Origin: Desulfobacterales bacterium
Lineage (GTDB): Bacteria; Desulfobacterota; Desulfobacteria; Desulfobacterales; UBA5852
Assembly: GCA_963674755.2 (NCBI GenBank)
Contig: CAXXVS010000002.1
Span: 1,696,001-1,760,000 of the forward strand
Direction: 5' to 3'
DNA length: 64,000 bases
Position 1 is the stretch's first letter. The number at the start of each line of letters is the position of its first letter. The notes below the pieces were generated by a model. The model saw only the letters and a program-made list of their open reading frames with translations. It had not been told where the DNA came from and ran no database searches. Of this stretch, positions 59,964 through 64,000 are shown piece after piece. A program made the translations under genes and the position numbers.

Positions 59964-60587
59964 ATGGCCCTGCCCGCGACCCATATCCGTTTTGCCCTGG
60001 ACTTGGTTGATCACCTCCCGGTGGGGTCCCGCCAAGCTTATCTGGCCGGAACCCTTTACCCGGACACCCGCTGGCTGACGGGTCTCGGCCGGGAGGCGAC
60101 CCATGCGGAGATCCACCTCCAGCCCCGCTTTGCCACTTCGGATTTCCGGTGGGGCTGGCATGTCCATTGCCGCTGCGACCAAATCCAAGCGACTCTCATG
60201 GAGCAATACTTCCTTGAGTTGACCGAATTCGATGACGAGCGCCGCTGGGTCTATATGTCTGCGCTGAAAATGATTCAGGACAGTGACGATCGGGTCGCGG
60301 TGGACATGACCCGTGAGACGGCGAGCCTCGCCCCCGTTGAAACACCCCACAACGAAGACCCGGATCGGATAAAAGCCTATTACGACGGGGTAAGGGAAAT
60401 CTATGCCGGCAAATCGCAAATGCCCCCGGAGAATTACCGCCGTCTCTGGCGAATGGTGGGACTGGCGCCCGAACGGCTGGATGCCATCATGCAGGATATG
60501 GCCCGAATAATCGCCGACGGCGCAAAGGTGGAACGCATCCGCAGCTTGTTTCCCCGCATGTGCGCCGCCTTTAGCGCGTCGCTATAG
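59964..60587 (+). CDS. hypothetical protein, zinc-dependent phospholipase C-like metal-ligand pattern
   Basis: MALPATH, YLAGTLYPD, THAE, GWHVHCRCD spacing. Confidence 0.6.
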   Translation: MALPATHIRFALDLVDHLPVGSRQAYLAGTLYPDTRWLTGLGREATHAEIHLQPRFATSDFRWGWHVHCRCDQIQATLMEQYFLELTEFDDERRWVYMSALKMIQDSDDRVAVDMTRETASLAPVETPHNEDPDRIKAYYDGVREIYAGKSQMPPENYRRLWRMVGLAPERLDAIMQDMARIIADGAKVERIRSLFPRMCAAFSASL

Positions 60588-60688
60588 AACGGGCGCAACT
60601 ATATGTGACGATGGAATTGATGCCTGTGACGATAGGCCGAATGACAACCAGCCAACGTATGCCTGCGGCCCGACGAAGGTTGAAAACC

Positions 60689-61498
60689 ATGCCCCATACA
60701 ATCCCATCGGCGGCCTGGGTCGTCGAACGCATGGTTGGCATCGGCATGATCGCGCTCTGCCTTCTGTTGTTCCCCGGAGCAGAAGCGGCCCTCCGGGCCC
60801 GTCCCATCAAGATCGGTTATTTCACGGTGGCGCCCCACGCCATGCCCGGCCCCCGGAGCATTCCCCAGGGGATCGCCGTGGAATATTTCAAACGGGTGGC
60901 CCTCGAAATGCAACTGAAGGAGATGGAATTCATCCTGCTGCCCCTGGGCCGTCTTCTGCAGGATCTCGCCAACAACCGCATCGACATGGCGCTGCTGCTG
61001 GCTAAAGATGCTGAACGGGCCGCAAGGTTTGTCTACCCCCAGCAAGCCTTCTGCGTCACCAAACCGTCGATTGCCGTCAGCTCCTCGAATCCGCTGGCAC
61101 GGGTCACATCCGTCAACGATCTTCTCCCCCTGGCCTTCTACGAAAGACCGGCCAACTACCGCACGACCATCATGCAGGATCCCCGCCTGCAAATCGAACC
61201 GTTGACCGGCAACGATTTCACCCGCCGCTGTTATGCCATGATCGTGGCCGGCCGTATCGATGGCTGCTACCAGCCGGACCACTATCCCTTTCAATTTGAG
61301 GCGACGCGGAAGAAATTCCTGTCCAAAGTCAACGTCCTGTATCTTCCCGATCCCCCCATCGGACTCTATTCGGCTTTTTCAAAAATCGGTGCCCGGCGCT
61401 ATCTGGAACGCTATGAGAAGGCCCTTGCAACCGTGAAGCAACGCTGCTCCTACGGCGAGGTATTCGAACGGTTTATCGCCGAATACAAAGAGGAATAA
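60689..61498 (+). CDS. periplasmic substrate-binding protein (family 3-like), orphan
   Basis: Signal peptide; IGYFTVAPH, GIAVEY, LPLGRL, GRIDG. Start uncertain (60605/60689/60731). Confidence 0.8.
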   Translation: MPHTIPSAAWVVERMVGIGMIALCLLLFPGAEAALRARPIKIGYFTVAPHAMPGPRSIPQGIAVEYFKRVALEMQLKEMEFILLPLGRLLQDLANNRIDMALLLAKDAERAARFVYPQQAFCVTKPSIAVSSSNPLARVTSVNDLLPLAFYERPANYRTTIMQDPRLQIEPLTGNDFTRRCYAMIVAGRIDGCYQPDHYPFQFEATRKKFLSKVNVLYLPDPPIGLYSAFSKIGARRYLERYEKALATVKQRCSYGEVFERFIAEYKEE

Positions 61499-61829
61499 TG
61501 CCATGCCCTGCCGGATCCGGCGGTTGCCGTGCTGCCTACCGGCGATGACCAAACGGTTCGGTGCAAGGCCGCAGTCCCTACCGATGGTCTCTGTGAATAT
61601 TGACGGCGTCCTTGCAGAATGGCGTCAGGGCTTCGCAGGCCATGGACAACCGATGGGCCGAAAGGCAAGGCGCCGGCCGCTGCGAAAAACGCCGCAACCA
61701 TCAGGGTTGCAACGCCGTTTCGCGGGGGCGGGACTCACTTTATAGCCCATAAGACCAGATGAGAACTCCCGCAACGCAGGACAACGCCGCCCTTCGGCTT
61801 TAGACGCCGTTTATCCGCGGCCTGTTAGG

Positions 61830-62846
61830 TCAAGTCGGCTGCCAACCCCTCTCCGCAACGCAGCCCGGCGTCTCTTCCCGCTCCTGCGTCCGCGGGCCGC
61901 GACGACATGGGCCCACGAGGTCGTTCTCGTCCAGCGTTCGCCATATCAGCGCCATCGTCAACCCGCTGGAAAAGGCACCGGCCTGCCCCCAATAGCCTGC
62001 CATGCCGGACGGCCCGGTGATCGGCATGGTGTGGCCGGAAAACGATCCCCAAAAGACCAGGGCCGTCAACAGCGGCCAGAAGAAGTCCATGGCCCTGCAA
62101 AACAAGGGTTCCACACCTGGATAGCCCCCCTCGGCATCCCGGACGGGATTCCCGCCCCGTGCCCCGAACCCCAGGAGCGCCGCCGCGGCACCGGTTCCTC
62201 CCGCCGGCGGATAGCGCAGCAGATAGGGGCCTACCTCGGATGTCGCACCCTGGGGCAGCACAAGATTCAAGCTCAGCAGGCCGGCCACGAAACTGCCCAT
62301 AAACAGGACCATCAGGGTTCGCCGCCCGCCGAGGCCGGGCTCCAGATACCCCCCCAGCAACCCCAGGAGAACCGCATTCACAAACAAACGGCCATATGTG
62401 TCATGGAGAAAACTGCGGGCCGCGACAACCCGGATCAGATCGGCCAGGCCGGGATCGTCGAAATGCAAGCCACACAGATGGTCCGTGGCGGCATCGGGCA
62501 AGACGAAGGTCAGGAGAATACAGACGACGATAAACGTTAGGGTCGCCACCGGGAGCCGTTTGCGGTAGCCCCGATCCGCCGGCTTGGCACCCTTTCCCGG
62601 GGGAATTGCCTCGCATCGGTCCCGCCGCTTCTGACACGCCGCCGTCCAAAGGACCGCACATCCTGCTACCCCCCAAAGGGCGGCCATTCCCGGCCATACC
62701 AGAGCGGCCAGGGCCGGGCGGCGATCCCCGAACAGCAGCGGCAGCAGCAGGGCCACCGCCATCCACAGGCGTTGCGGACCGCCACAAAACCCGAACGCGG
62801 CCCACCTTAAAAACACCCCCTTGATCGCTGTCACACGCATCCCCAT
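61830..62846 (-). CDS. rhomboid-fold membrane protein lacking catalytic residues
   Basis: PVATLT, SFLH...LFVNA, GGYLE..LG are rhomboid landmarks; GxSG appears as GGTG and AHxGG as GQAGA; RBS AGGAGG. Confidence 0.72.
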   Translation of the reverse strand: MGMRVTAIKGVFLRWAAFGFCGGPQRLWMAVALLLPLLFGDRRPALAALVWPGMAALWGVAGCAVLWTAACQKRRDRCEAIPPGKGAKPADRGYRKRLPVATLTFIVVCILLTFVLPDAATDHLCGLHFDDPGLADLIRVVAARSFLHDTYGRLFVNAVLLGLLGGYLEPGLGGRRTLMVLFMGSFVAGLLSLNLVLPQGATSEVGPYLLRYPPAGGTGAAAALLGFGARGGNPVRDAEGGYPGVEPLFCRAMDFFWPLLTALVFWGSFSGHTMPITGPSGMAGYWGQAGAFSSGLTMALIWRTLDENDLVGPCRRGPRTQEREETPGCVAERGWQPT

Positions 62847-63162
62847 CGCATCCTCCTTTGGTAGAACGCTTTCGAATCCGATATCGTCATCAGTGGGCGG
62901 CATTCTACCGGATAGGTGTGACAGATACGGTCACAGGGAAAAAAAATGGAGCGATAGGGGTAACGGGATGGCGATTCTGCTAATCGACCGAAGGCCCGGC
63001 GCGGCCACCAAGACATTCGGATTAAGCTGGTCGCGAAAGGCGGTCATCGTGACAATCTGCGGCGTCAGGTCTGACGAAACGTGTCAGAAAGCGCCCTGGG
63101 AATGCCCCCTAAGAATCTTCAACCTATTGCAATTATATAACATTTTATCACCATGGGCCTTA

Positions 63163-63178
63163 TGGAACAAATTTTGCT
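63163..63178 (+). promoter_or_regulatory. sigma54 promoter
   Basis: TGGAAC-AAATT-TTGCT with an AT-rich upstream tract, about 65 bp before ATG 63243. Confidence 0.6.
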
Positions 63179-63242
63179 TATGATTTCAAAATGTTACTTT
63201 TATTTTGCCCGGACGCGTCCCATCTGCCAAGGAGGACATCCC

Positions 63243-64000
63243 ATGGATATCGTCTGCCGTCATTGCAATGCCACTTACACCATCGCCGACCACAAGGTGC
63301 CCGCCCGCAAAGCTGCGGCCACCTGCAAACGCTGCGGCAACCGCATCGTCATCGATCCCCGGCCCGCCGGAGACCTGCACCCCGACGGGATGACATCCAT
63401 GCCCAAGGCGGTACCGTCACCAGAAGCGCCGGCCAAAAACGCCCATGACCGGACCCTCGTGGAAGCCTTCCCGGAGGTAGCCGGGTTTCACCCGGCCCAT
63501 TATGCCATGTCCGAAATCATGCGACCGACCCCCAAGGGCCGCTATCAGACCCGCCCGAACAAGTTCAAGCTGAAACTCCTGGCGGTGGTCAAACCGACCG
63601 TGGATGCCCTGCTCCGAAAAGATGAACAGGTGATGCGCATCAGCGGCGGCACGGCCTACTACCCTGCCGAACTCTTCTTCGGCAACGGCTTTCTGACCAT
63701 GCTTTACAACCGCTACGCGCTCGTGGCGACCAACCAGCGTCTGGTGATGATCAACACCAACCACCGCATGACCGGGCTTCGCCATTATCTGTTTCAAATG
63801 CCCTACGGCGAAATCAAAAAAGTGTCCCGCGGCCTGTTCCGCACCAGCCTCAACCTGGTGCGCAAAAAGGGGCGCCGCCGCCTCTTTACTTCCATGAAGA
63901 TGGCCTCCACGAGGGAGTTGCGGGAGTTTATCGCACCGCGGCTGACAGCGGGGCCGACCGCCGTATCCGGCGATGAGAACCTGGAATGCCTGTGCCCGGC
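63243..64000 (+). CDS. MJ0042-type zinc-ribbon protein with following PH-like domain, runs off window end
   Basis: RBS AAGGAGG; MDIVCRHCNATYTIADHKVP...TCKRCGNRIVI; later ALVATNQRLVMI; no stop seen in the window. Confidence 0.78.
   Translation, partial: MDIVCRHCNATYTIADHKVPARKAAATCKRCGNRIVIDPRPAGDLHPDGMTSMPKAVPSPEAPAKNAHDRTLVEAFPEVAGFHPAHYAMSEIMRPTPKGRYQTRPNKFKLKLLAVVKPTVDALLRKDEQVMRISGGTAYYPAELFFGNGFLTMLYNRYALVATNQRLVMINTNHRMTGLRHYLFQMPYGEIKKVSRGLFRTSLNLVRKKGRRRLFTSMKMASTRELREFIAPRLTAGPTAVSGDENLECLCP

Overview
High-GC bacterial DNA. The gene families and repeat type suggest a deltaproteobacterium such as a Desulfobacterales-like sulfate reducer (inference). Layout: (1) 1-5.7 kb, a visibly lower-GC catabolic block (TAXI-TRAP transporter, class III CoA-transferase, GntR/FadR regulator) ending in a possible tRNA-derived att scar. 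(2) 6.4-13.4 kb, SDR-tamB-tamA-like genes. (3) 13.6-14.2 kb, a tandem array built from a MITE. (4) 14.2-23.7 kb, a cluster with a KS plus inactive KS (CLF-like), acyl-CoA ligase, MIO ammonia-lyase, TRAP transporter and a divergent dehydratase, but no ACP. (5) 23.9-24.7 kb, a candidate sigma54-driven anti-Shine-Dalgarno sRNA, a second MITE and two small Cys-rich peptides, one ending in CCCCCC. (6) 25-59.8 kb, a ~35 kb signalling island with 8 intact histidine kinases. It includes an operon coupling HD-GYP/HDOD proteins, an orphan MglA GTPase and a receiver-domain-fused PilB/GspE-type ATPase, and a kaiC (frameshifted)-kaiB-kinase module between paralogous kinases. (7) 60-64 kb, a hypothetical metallohydrolase, an orphan SBP, a catalytically dead rhomboid and a partial zinc-ribbon gene. 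No rRNA, intact tRNA, CRISPR array or transposase was seen. All calls come from reading motifs by eye; no database searches were run.
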